NCBI GenBank assembly: GCA_002633005.1
Contig: NMRA01000163.1
Coordinates: forward strand, 156,071 to 220,070
Length of the DNA stretch: 64,000 nt
Direction of reading: 5' to 3'
Source: Phoronis australis
Lineage: Eukaryota > Animalia > Phoronida
How positions within the stretch are numbered: the stretch's first letter is position 1; each line of letters starts with the position of its first letter. Shown here one piece after another: positions 13,926 through 25,900 of the stretch. The notes below the pieces were generated by a model. The model saw only the letters and a list, made by a program, of their open reading frames with translations, had not been told where the DNA came from and made no database searches. The position numbers and the translations under genes were made by a program.

Positions 13926-14110
13926 CACATGCTATGAACATTCCCACTAAATAAAATTGGTTCTAACCCCGGTGTTTAAGGTAATTGGCGGGGTATGGAA
14001 AATTGAACTAGACCGTATTTATCCACCTTGGCTGAGACGCGCTCGGCTCATGCTCAAAGGGATGCCGCCAAGCTGCTCTATTCATCGAGTCACGAGCGAG
14101 GATAATTGAC
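13926..14110 (+). repeat. Left arm of an imperfect bipartite inverted repeat bracketing the RAG1-like locus
   Basis: ACCGTATTTATCCACCTT (14012-14029) is the exact reverse complement of 31803-31820. 13928-13952 matches the reverse complement of 31838-31862 at 19/25 positions. Weaker similarity extends to about 14110. Confidence 0.55.
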
Positions 14111-14800
14111 TTCGCTCATGCGGATATGATCAGCTGATTACAGTCTAGCCTAACAACTGTACTTTTTATGGAGAGAATTTTACGTAGTTTTTACTGTAAT
14201 ATTTGAAAAGAGGAGCGAAAACAAATACGAATACAACTTTGAATTTTTCAAATCGGCCCAGGATAAGAGATTTTGCAACACAGAAACACTCACGATTACT
14301 TTCATTCGGCGCGCACGAATACAAAAATATAGGACCCAAGTTAGGATTGTATAAATGTTGAACTACTCCGTGTGTTACTTAGGTTTTGGAAAAAATGCAT
14401 TTTAATACTCAAAATACGTTTTTTATAGCTATTACAAGCTCTAAAACGACTTTGTGTAATTTCATTGAGATCGTTCTTTGTCATCCGTCAAACCGGAAAC
14501 TTCCGAGATGTGACTCTGCGAGCGCGCGTATGAATACAAACCTCAGGGGAATCCGCGGGAAATTTTGCAGATAGATTTCTGGCTTACAATGATCATCAAT
14601 AAACTTTATTATGTATTTTTTATTGAAAGGAACATTTTTTAACAAATTTGCGTTTCGGAGGTACTTATTTGAGTTATATAATGTTTTTTTTCGCTCATTC
14701 AAGTACCGCGGAGAAACATTGCTGTCAAGGGTCTCCAACCAACAACACATGTTCGCCATTCAATCGTAGCCTCATGTATCAGTAGACAGTTTTTAAAATC

Positions 14801-17800
14801 ATGGCATTTGAAGTCGGCAGAAAAGTGCAAGCAGTTGATGAACTGGGTGTGTGGTGCGCTGCAGTTGTCAGAGAGTCTAGCCAGAGTGGTTTTATTGTAA
14901 GTTTTCCGGGCTGGAGCAGAGAGTGCGACCGGGAGGTGCAAATAGATGAAGTCAGAGTGCCTGTGCTTCAGTTACAGGAACGGCTGAGGCGTAAGTATTA
15001 CTTACTCACATTCTATTTGGTTATTTTATTCTAATTGTTAGTGATTTTTGTAAGGTGTCACTGCATTTTACCAGTGCCGTAAATGCGAAGTACATCCGTC
15101 GCGCGATCCCCGTTGTCCACTCGTATTTACGGCTCTAGTCTGATAATGAGATATAGCCCCCGATTTAGAGAACCACAGGCGTCCCTAGGCAATGACCATC
15201 ACCCATCTGTACGCATAGAGGAACACCATAGGAGGTTGTCGATGTGTTTAGTTCCTTCCAATTCGAACAAATACTCCTGTTATCAAACTTTTTTCTCGAG
15301 CAGTCCCTATGTCAGTTCCCAAAATCGTGAACTCAACATTTTCACTTGGCACATGCGAAGAGATTCTTTTAACCAGGCCGAAGGTCAGAAGTTGCGGTCC
15401 TACCGGCGAACTTTGAAAGCTGAAGTTCCAGCCCTTTGCGTACGTGCTTCCTGGAACCAGCCGTGCGTTTGCCGTGTTGTTAAACATTAAAATGTCAAAT
15501 ATGTGCACAAAGACTAATAAATGTCATATCAACAGCATTTATTTTTATCAAATACAAACAATAATTCATTGAAATACAATAAGTTTCAATTAAAGACAGG
15601 TAGTGGTGGCATTTTGGAAACTAACATTTGACTGACAAGATCGCAATGGCTCACCTTTGGCCTATTTGAAGATNCCCAGAACAATATGAATATGTGCTGC
15701 TAGCCTACCCGTCATCGGTGAGTTTCCAAAAAGAAACACTTAGTTCCACACAACAAACCTGTTATTCAGTGGGGTAACTGGTGGGGATAACATCACCGAA
15801 CGATGTTGATAGAAACTGATTGCTAAAAACTTACCAAGTAATGTTGTGTAGTCTCCGAATGCCGGGAACTGCATAGTCATAGAGCACACACGGGGCTTCA
15901 TCATCCACACACTTTTTGTCAGTTAGTTGACCCTGTTGACCGCAATTGTCCACGAATATAGTAACCTTAGGTCTTTTGGGAATTTGTGGCCACCTGTCGA
16001 AGACTTGTACCAAGGAAATTATCAGTAATATGGCTTAGCGCGACGACGTATTTTGATAAAAATCCCATCTTTTACCAGTTGTTTACATGCAGACAGCCAC
16101 GCATGCGCAATTCAATCACCACTAGTACAGCAGCGACACCGCGAGGAGAATTCTCCGAATAGCCCCATTGGGTTGCATCATGTTAGTCATCACCATTCTC
16201 TTTTTATTGGTTCTCCGTCACAGACACCATGCAGTGTCTGGTTATTGATATCATCTTGTTAGCCCAACCCGTCAATGCCAATATCAATTTTTTGTCACAT
16301 ACTTCAATTTTCCAATCTTACCGGTACTGTCAACTCCTCACATGGGATATGCATCATGCTGGTAAAAAGACACCTCATAAACAGATTAACCAACTCTCTT
16401 AAATGAAAAAAGCAGTGACCAGCTTCAAAGCATTTTTGTGTTTTTTTGGTTCGGTATCAGACTACAGAAATATCAGTCTTGCTCCATACTTTTAGAGGTG
16501 TATCTTTGTATCAATGTCAAAGTATTTCAAAAGCATGTGGTCAAATGGTAACCAGTATCTAACACAGATCTTCGTTTAGTGTCCTTTGAAAATGTGACGT
16601 AGTGTGTTGACTTTTCAGAAAATGGTGTCATACCTGGAAACAAAAGGCGTTCTAAGAAAAGGCAGAGCCCACTACAAAAACTAGTGAGTGGTGATATCGT
16701 TGTTGTGGAGGGTAAAGATAGTGTGGTGAAGAGGGTGGACCCATTCAACGAGGAAGTCACTCTTGAATGTGGTTCTATAATCTCATACAGAGATATAGAG
16801 GTTAAAGGTATGGTTTATGTTTATTATTACATGGACATGTCAACATGTGTAGGAGGTTGAACCAGGCCTTTAACTGTGTATGTCCAGAACGTCCAAATGG
16901 ACGCCCTAGCTCTAATCTGGACGCCCTAGCTCTAATCTGGACGCCCTAGCTCTAACCTGGACGCCTTAGCACTAATCTTGTCGCCCTGGCAAGGACGCCC
17001 AATGTCAATCAGTACCTTTCAAGTTAGGACACATTGTAATTAATGATAGCTAGGAATCCTAGGCACATACCTGAAGGGACAAGTGAGCTCACAATGCTGG
17101 AAGAAATATACAAAGTATATACAATGTAACAATATATTGGTTGATAGCATTGAGTATCAACACATTTCAAGCCTTAGCAGGTTTGGTTGTCAAGTTTCTT
17201 CTACTGCTGGCTATGCACCCAGTGATATATGCTCCATATCTTATTACTATATGTATATATAGGGTGCATACCTTAGTGCAACTCCAAACTGGTGTTTCAG
17301 AGCTGTAACTTCACGACTTTCATCTTTTTTTAAAAGCATCAAAAGTTCTATAAATGTCAATTTAATGCAATGTTGTGTCCACAAGGATATGACTATTCAA
17401 ATTTTTTTTTGAGTTTGCGGCCGTTTAATCCTTATCAATGTGCGTTTTAAGGTTGTTGTGTGGAACAGCACCTTTTGCCAAAATATAAATCACACACCAT
17501 ATGTGCATTTTTCTTGTTTTGAATCTGCGGCTCTGACTACTCATTTTACAGAATATTAAAGGTAATTAAAATGATATGACAAACTTTACACCGTTAATTT
17601 GACTAGAGATCACCAAAAACAATGCACTCATTGTTTAACCAAGATCTCTAATATTTGGTAAGCTACTTGGCTGTTTTCGTGAATTTAGATGTAAAAGTCC
17701 TGGTCTACAAAGTTTGTTTAGTATAAAAGCTCACTTCAGAGGGCTGTTTTGTAAACTTGGATGTAAAAACCTTGGTCTACGCATTTTTTTTAAAACAAAA

Positions 17801-20430
17801 ACTGTCTGGTGGGGGTTGCATTTGAGCGGTCTTGGGGGTGGGGGTTAGGTGTCGGAATCATGGATGCTCTGGAAACCCCATTGTGCACATCCTATTTTCG
17901 AAATCCTGGATAAATGTTTGGGCTGGCCCATAACTTGTTACAGAGAAGGAAGTTGGCCATTTTTCTAACTTAAGGGGTAAGCTGTGTAAGTGAGTCCTGG
18001 GTGGTTGCAGTTGTTCAGATTGCATTCATGCTTCTTTTGTTTGTTAACTTGAATGCTGCCTTTGTGGTCAAGATTCTACTTTTCACATTTTGTTATTGAT
18101 ATCAAATCTATTCTTGCAGTGATATCTGAAGAACTCAACGCTCCAAAAAAACAGCGACGCACTAAGGTAGTGAACCCTGCCGCGCTCGAGAGTGTTATTT
18201 CAGAAATTGTTGAAGAGGTGAGTCTTGGTATCTTATAGGCATTTTGAAGAATTTTGCTGTATCCATAAAAACAATTGATATCATATGTATCATTCTAATT
18301 GTATTATAAAATAATGAGTGTTTTGAAAATTTCACGTTTTGTGCGCTCACAAAGTGTTAGGACTATACATACGTTTGTCCATGTTGTCTTGAGGAGTCAT
18401 TATGTATTGTAAAGGAATTCTTTAACATGGGGAAAATAAGAGACCATTTGTCCTTTCTGAATGTAAAGGACCATTCATCAGAACTTGGATGCCGTGTACT
18501 GAAAAACAGTGTTTTTTTTAACTTTTTGGTTTGTGTGACTAGTTATGTTGTACACAACATAAAAGGAATGGCCAAGAGGCCCAGTTTGTGTTATCTTGAT
18601 GTTTTAGTCTAAAATTGCTAGTATTTGCAGGTAACAACAGCTCCCCTTATTCAGGCAATTGATGACACTTCTTGTGTGTACGCATTGGGTGAAGTGCATT
18701 GCGGTTCTTGTTGCAAGGTAAGTCCATTTTCTCTAAAGCCATGATGGACACAGGCTGAAAGCTGTGGTCGTTAATACACCTGCCACGAAAATTCATTCAT
18801 ATTTCTTAACTTTCTTGCATAATTACAAGTGCCCCAAAATTTTCAGTCATATTTACGAATTTGTGCTGGTACAAAAACTTATCGAGTCGAGCCAATTCAT
18901 CGAGTTATATTCCTATGTGTTTCATTTGAACTTGAAAGGTAATTATTTGTTTACTATTTAGGTGGATAGCTCTGATACGGTGGTTGCTGTCGGCCATTTG
19001 GACTTATTCAAGAAAGTGGCAAGCTGTGTACTCGTAAACGATGGGCAGCTGGACTTGGATTTCAAAGTTCAGTTGCCTGTCAAGAGACTATGCAGTTATG
19101 GTGGAGCTGTCAATAGGGACACCGCGGCACATTTAGAGATGGTAAAGAAGAAGGCCCATGATTTAACCGCGTCCAACATGTGTCAGAAAGATTACAGGTA
19201 ATTTTTCCATTTATCAAAGAAATGATGATTCCAAAGCTTTTGACATTGTTGACATAGGGTGCGATCTTTGAGTAATGGCAAAGACAACCTTCTTTCATGA
19301 CAATTTTAGCAAAAATAAGGTTCGTTGGTTATCTCAGACATATTTTTCACTTAATTATAGCTTTTCATAATTTAATTAATTATTCATTCTCTACTCCAGA
19401 AGTGATGTTTTGGGAGGCAAGAATTCCCTGTATACAGCAACAGTGTGGCATGTTGATTGACTCGTAAACTAATGCAAACGACGACTGAACTTATCACAGC
19501 CGAGATAGAACAATGACTGACTCGACAGCTCTCACAGTGAGACTATATGAAAATAAATTGGCGCGAAATTTTTGCCTCCTAAAAGGTCACTTCCGGAGGA
19601 GATTACGATTAATTGTTTAAATTGCCTGTAATTACCTGAAAACTATTTCTGGGATAATCAACGAACCTTATTTTTGGTCAAAATGACATGAAAAAAGGTT
19701 GCCTTTGCCTTCAAATGATTTGAGCATGTGTGCTTATATTTTTTTTAACTTGTTAATAGGATACAGAGATGGGTATTTCTTTTACTTAGGTTGGTGAATA
19801 AAAAAGCATTTAATGAGAGTAAGCTCAAAAAATTGATCTTCTAATTCGCCCCGTTCAATTGATAGAACTGCCAGTCATCCCTTGTGGGCTCAGAATTTTC
19901 CCACAGTATATTGTAACATACAAAAGTCAAGCTTAAAACTAATATTATACTGAACTTCCATTCTGCTAGGTGGGTTTTGATTCACCATTGTACAAATGTT
20001 TACGGCTACTTTATGCCCTGATTGCATTTTTAGGATTGCCTTCAGAAAGGCACAGGTGGGGTGTGCCATTCGAAGTGAGGTTGATGCCTTTCTATTGAGG
20101 AACATCACGTCAGCCACCTTTTCTATTGGTTTGTCAAATCCAGAGACGGATTGCCATGTGCTATTGGGGCTCTCGCCATATAAGCCAACTGTAAAAGTTA
20201 GTTACAGACGTGGCGATGAGCCTCTGTTGCTCTTAGACGACCTTCTGGGAGAAAGATGGGATGTACAGACAGGGGCGGCCACAAAATTTGTAACTTCGTT
20301 GAAGTTGAAGTTAAAGGGCAACAATATTAGTGTGTCGGTGAAATCTGCGCAAGTCTTCGATGTTTTGGCTGGGAATTATCGCAGAGCCATAGTGCAGCAC
20401 TTGCGGTTTATTGAAGAAGAGAATGCGTAA
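14801..20430 (+). CDS. Six-exon gene, 398 aa, with an N-terminal Tudor/chromo-barrel (Royal family)-like domain; may continue by splicing into 22313-27654
   Basis: Exons 14801-14990, 16619-16807, 18120-18217, 18631-18717, 18962-19197 and 20034-20430. All introns are GT-AG and phase-consistent (1197 nt, no internal stop). N-terminus GRKVQAVDELGVWCAAVV...FIVSFPGWSRECDREV. Confidence 0.8.
16898..16999. repeat. 20-bp minisatellite (TGGACGCCCTAGCTCTAATC, about 4-5 copies) in intron 2
   Basis: Directly visible tandem units that degenerate toward the 3' end. Confidence 0.9.
19276..19710 (-). mobile_element. Non-autonomous Kolobok-type MITE, same family as 57167-58830
   Basis: Long TIRs GGCAAAGACAACCTTCTTTCATG / CATGAAAAAAGGTTGCCTTTGCCT with degenerate TTAA flanks (GTAA/TCAA). 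Internal 19510-19570 is the reverse complement of about 57285-57345. Confidence 0.8.
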
Positions 20431-22292
20431 GTTTTTCATCCAATGTGTGTGTGATGATCTTTGGCAACTGGTCTGAAATAATTTGCTCTAGGTTTATAAA
20501 ATAGTTACATGATGCATGATGCGTTTTGGTCGAGGTATGATCAGAGTTGTGTATTTTCATGGGAGCGAAGGTACACTGGTAAATCAAAATCAAGGTCCAT
20601 GTTTGGTGGCCACACGTCAGGTTTATAACTAAATTCTTAGAATCTACTGCACTGAGAGTTAGTTCATTTACCAAATGTACTCTAAGAGAACAAATTTTAG
20701 CTTGTAACTCAGCCAACTCTCGTAATATGGACCTTGATTGTTATTTACCGGAGAGTCAAAATGTATATCCATTTATACTGCGCATTTTGTCATTTTTCAT
20801 TGTGTTTAACAATATCTGCTTCTCGTACACGCTATTTGTGGATAGTTATTTCATTTCTTGCACGTGCTATTGTGCAGCGTACAGTCAAATGTTTTTACTA
20901 TGAATCTCAAGACCTGTGACAAACGTTCGCCATTTCCCATAGAATTTCTATGTAGTGAAGTTGCCTTGGGACAGTAAGCGAGTAAACACTGTAAACTTGG
21001 TTCGTTGTAACGAGATTTGCCTGTATGTGCATGTGTGGTATAAGTGAAAGTATGCATTTCAGACTTTGCTGTTTCCGAATGTTCTATCTCAAAATTTGAT
21101 AAAATTTAATGAGATGTTTAACGGAATACACAAGTTAAGAAATTAGTTTTTTGTTGACTACCTGCTTCGTCACTAAAATGCACAATTTCAGAAATGGTGG
21201 AGTGTTTTTCGTGTATGGTATCAAAGTGGCGACAAATGCACTATATAATTGCTTTATGTACCTGATCTGTTGCGCACTGTATACATTGCCAATGACCAGC
21301 ATCTGAGATCTACATTGGGAAAAAATTGCACAATGCTTCGATGTTATATGTCATTCCAATTGTGGTGCTACTTCCAACTTAATTGGACATAATGCCATAC
21401 TTTTATTCTAGATCATCTTTTCAGACCAGTTTGATACTTAGCATCATATTCATGAGGTTTGGTTATTATACTTTTGTTCAGGACTAAATAGCATGAACAA
21501 GTCATGGTTTCTCATGCATTGTTGTTTAATATGTGGCTTATACTGACACCAGTTTAGTTAGTTTCAAAAATGGAAAATAATGCTTTAATGTGCCAAACAG
21601 TGCAGTTTTGCTGTTATTTTCATTAAGTTGACTTATTTGTTTGTGTAAACGGTAAGCCTTGTCTCACGAATGTTATATGCCACACTGTGTAGAAACGGTC
21701 TCTTCTTGACCTATTTAACATTTGACGACCAAAACATGGCATTCCCTTGGGTTTCATACTATGGAATGCATTTTAGAGGTTATCCAATAGGGCAAGTTCA
21801 GATTAAAACTTTAAACAGTTGTTCTTGGGATGAAAAGAAGATTGTTTCTTCGATCAGGTTCTACCAGGGAAGTTGTTTTTTATGTCACTTTGAATTTCAC
21901 CTCCGAAACTGCGCTGTATGTGACTTTAAAGTGGTTTTCTCTTAAATTGTTTGCCATAAGTTTATATTTAGGGTATTTGAACTAGCATGCTGTAGAACAA
22001 AGCAAGTGACAAATGCGGGCCATTGATCTCTATTGATGCTTTGATGCATATATGCAGGTATTTAGAGCCACATGTCAGCATCAAAAATAAGTAATATCCC
22101 ATTGTTTTAGTAATGTGACATGTGCAGGGGTGTATGTGTTTTACATCCTCTTGTACAATAGTTCAATAATAGGTTTAGTGGTCCCTAAGTGCAATTTGTA
22201 GTTCGTTCTTTTTTGTCTGGTACTGTACCTTTGTTTTGTAATTGCTTGATCTTTACTGTCGACCTTATGTGCCATGATTTCTAATTGCCATT

Positions 22293-22907
22293 ATGCTCCA
22301 CTTTCATAATAGTATTCGCTGTGCACAACATAATCATGGTTATTCATGTGCAGTTGATGTCTTGATAGAAATATTTCGTCTGGGAATCTTTCCCAATTTG
22401 AGTATTCCACATGACGTGTTTTCTATTCACCCACTCTTAGCACGGTTGGGTTATGTGTTTGAGGTGTGCAAAACTATGCCACCGTCTTGTGAACTTAGAG
22501 AGGGAGTTTGGAACTGGCTTACTGAAAACTGTTCATCAGGTTATGTTCCTAAAGGACGAGGCAATGCTGAGTTTCTAGAAGCTCTTTATGCTTTGAAGCG
22601 TGGGAGTGCAGTAGAGCACTTCTGCTTCACTGGCACAGCGGAAGTTAAATGTAGTTCTTGTATGTTCAAGGCTCGCCATACTGTTACTTCAGACTCGGTC
22701 ACTAGGATCAGCCATGTAAGGAACACTGGTAATTTGCGTCGTGATGTTGAATCATCTATAAAGTATTTTGTTGAAGCTCAAACTCGTTCTGCGTTTCGTT
22801 CATGTGCCATATGTTGCCAGGATGTTTTTGGACACAATATCGGTGAGAGTTCCGGATGTGCTGTTTTTGTACATTGCTCAAAGTCGGGACCACAAGAACC
22901 GTTGTGA
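22293..22907 (+). CDS. USP/peptidase C19-like N-terminal half (Cys box, CxxC pairs), frameshifted into the large ORF
   Basis: QHNHGYSCAVDVLIE (Cys-box-like) plus CSSC and CAIC. The His box continues in the +1 frame (VPDVLFLYI...PGHFYCAV...VVDDLN). Frameshift at about 22830-22845. Confidence 0.6.
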   Translation: MLHFHNSIRCAQHNHGYSCAVDVLIEIFRLGIFPNLSIPHDVFSIHPLLARLGYVFEVCKTMPPSCELREGVWNWLTENCSSGYVPKGRGNAEFLEALYALKRGSAVEHFCFTGTAEVKCSSCMFKARHTVTSDSVTRISHVRNTGNLRRDVESSIKYFVEAQTRSAFRSCAICCQDVFGHNIGESSGCAVFVHCSKSGPQEPL

Positions 22908-25900
22908 ACCCAATGTTACAGTTCCTGAAGATGTTGATATGTTCTCTTCTGGTTATAAGCTCACTGGGGCAGTGTTTAGTGTCCCAGGACACTTTTATTG
23001 TGCTGTAAAATCTGAGGTTGGCTTCTCTGTCGTTGATGACTTAAATCACAAAGTGGTACAGTTCAAATCTTTTGATGGGGCAGTACACAGTGACCCATCT
23101 AGTATAGGGAAGTGTTGTACTTTGTCTGAGTTGACTAGTGTTCACGTTTTGGTCTATGTGAAGTCATCTCTACTAAAAGCTAGTTGTGCAAATAGGGTTC
23201 CATTATCAGAAGTAACAAATCGAAAATTGCTTTACTCTGAGGTGGTGTCGTCTTTTCCTAAACGTGAGGAACGTGGTGCGTCTTGGTCTTCGCCAGCAGG
23301 TCGATGTGATAATTCAAAGACTATCCCAGTAGAGGTGTCCTCACCTATTGGTCAAAATGATATTTCACAGTCACCTGCTGTTACTCGAGAAGTTACAAAG
23401 TCAACCTCAGTTGCCCAAGGTAGTATTAGAAAGACCAACCGCGTTGCTCAATGTGAGGGCTCAAAGTGTGTTGTTGACCAAGATGGTGATGTTTTGTCAG
23501 GTGCCAGTTCTGATTACTTGTCCTCAACGTCTGCTCTCCGACATGAATCGAGGTCCGTTCCAGTGTCAAAATCAGCTCCTGCTTCCTTGTCCACTCCAGT
23601 TTCGTGCATTGGTAGTTCGGAAATCCCCACCTCCTCTACAACTGAGAAGTCGAGTGTTGGCCAGAATGATGATTTGATATCCAACGATGTGGCACTAGAC
23701 AAGTCTTCTCTTAAGAGACATGACTCAGGTATTGGGATAAATCGTGGCTGTACAGATACAGAACCAAAGAAAAAGTTCAAGAGAATTAGTTCTGAAATTT
23801 CGTCCTATCCTGAGAAAGACAAAGAGAATGTAAGTTCTCAAGACGGAAGTGTCCCAGTTGTGGAGTCTAAACTGGTTGTTATATGTGGACACAAAGTCAT
23901 GTCATCAGTAGTCAACGGCATGGTGTATTTTTTGTGTAAAGATGTTTTTCTGTGTGCGGGCTTGTCAAAAGAAATTGAGCATCGTGGGTATGGTAGGATT
24001 GATGCCATTCTGAGGGACTCCAAACGCCTTAAGTCGAGTAGTAATTTTATTCTGAATAATAAAGGACGTCGTCTATGGGTCAGCAGAAGTGCACTCATTG
24101 AAATAATGAAGAAAAGTAGAACACCGTTTTCGTCTTCATTTGCGAGTACCCTGAAAAAGTTCAGATTTTATCGTCGCAAATCCCATGACTCTCAGTTACC
24201 AGTGAATAAGTCTCCAAAGGCTAGAGGTTTTAATGTGTCATGTTGCAACTCTGAGAGTGTGTCTGCAGACAAAGCTTGTGATAAAGCACCTGATATTCCC
24301 TCAGGATTCTATGCCATATTTCCTGGAAATGCACCTTCTGGTTCCTCTTGCTCCAATACTGTTCATGAAGTCTCATCCAAAAATTCAACTTCGGATTCAT
24401 TGTTGTCCAAATTTCAGGAAGACACATCAAGGATTTCAACTTCTTCAAATTCACTAGTGGGCAACAACTCCTCTGACTGTGAATCTTCAAGTTGCACTAC
24501 ATCTGGTGTGATTCCTGTTACTACTACTACTAGCTCCTCAGTGTCCAAGATACCTTATGCAGTTTTGACATCAAGTGTATCTGTTGAAGGAAATTTAGTT
24601 AGTTACAGTATATCTGAGAGGAGTATACATTTGTCTACCTGTAGTGTTCTGAATGTGCTTGGAATTGGAAATTATGTTAAAAAGAGAGGCTATAAAGTAA
24701 TTGATAAATGTCTGACAGAGAACGGGTTTCTTGCTATGGATGTTTTTATCTTCGAAGGTAAAAATAGGCCAAAATTGAAATTGGAAGGCCTTTCTGTTCT
24801 CATTATGGCTTTAAACGATAAGTTATTGAATAAGCAACGAAAATTCATTCTGTTGCATGCATTCAGTATAGCTGCAAGTGAAATTGTCACAACACATGTT
24901 GTGAAGTCCGCTAATTCTCCTGGTTCAGTGGAACATAGGTCTCACAAAAAAAAGTCTGGTGGGAAGTTAATCGAAAAGTTTGTGTCTTCATCATTCGGTG
25001 GTGACAAGAAGCAATTTCTTAACTCTTTTTCACAATTAATTTCCTCAAAGAAGTCTTGGGACTTGAACAGTTTAAAAGTAATTTTGCAGACCATAACGGA
25101 AACGAAAAAGGGTGCCAAAGATGTAGAAAACTTCGTCATTCAATTGTATTCTGAGCGCCACAGACTCAAACCACATGATGTGATTTATCTTCAGGAGAAC
25201 TTCAGCGGGGTCAGGCTCATGGATGAGCTCAGAAAAAAGTTACCTGGAGTTGTTGCCACTCGGCGGAGCGAAATGTTGGTCAAGGCCAAACTTACAAGAC
25301 AATTTAAGTCTGTTTTACTTCCTCGGCAAATTTCAACTGGTTGGAGCATTGATGTTGGCCGCCTTCTTCAAGTACTTCAATTTAAATACCCTTTTTTGTC
25401 TGGCCATCTCCATGTGAAACTCCAAGGTGATGGGAGGTGTATTGGTGGGCGTCACAGCACCTACATTGGTTTGAGCTTATTAAATCACGAAATAATGCTT
25501 AACGGTCTGTCTTATCAAAGTCCAGATGACATATATCCTGTGTCTCTTTTCTATGAGAGTGATTCAAGAGATAATCTTGAGGAAAATATTGAAAACTCTC
25601 TCAATGGTATGCTGAATGAAGTTGATAGAACCACATTTTATTTAGGCGGCGATGAGATGTTTATCCAAAAAATTTTGGATGGCAGCAGTGTTTTGTCACC
25701 TAGTAGCTATAGTGGATGGAATATCTATCACGAAAGTTCAACCGATTCGAAGAAAGATGTCGCCGACACTGGTCTTCGCACTGACCTTAGTGTGTTAATT
25801 GACCGCAATCACCCCGAGTCTTTGTTGTCCTCCATTGCCTTACAGAAGATAGTATTTTGTATTCTTCATGGTTTAGCCAGAATTGTTGAGAAGTTACTGG

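Noticed and set aside
16898-16999. CRISPR-like array
   Set aside because: The units are directly adjacent with no unique spacers, in a eukaryotic intron; this is a minisatellite.
19790-19818. Extra micro-exon (AG...GTAAGC) in the Tudor gene
   Set aside because: Its inclusion would shift the frame of the next exon.
14801-20430. RAG2-like partner gene (ProtoRAG arrangement)
   Set aside because: No kelch repeats or PHD finger, and it is on the same strand as the RAG1-like ORF rather than convergent.
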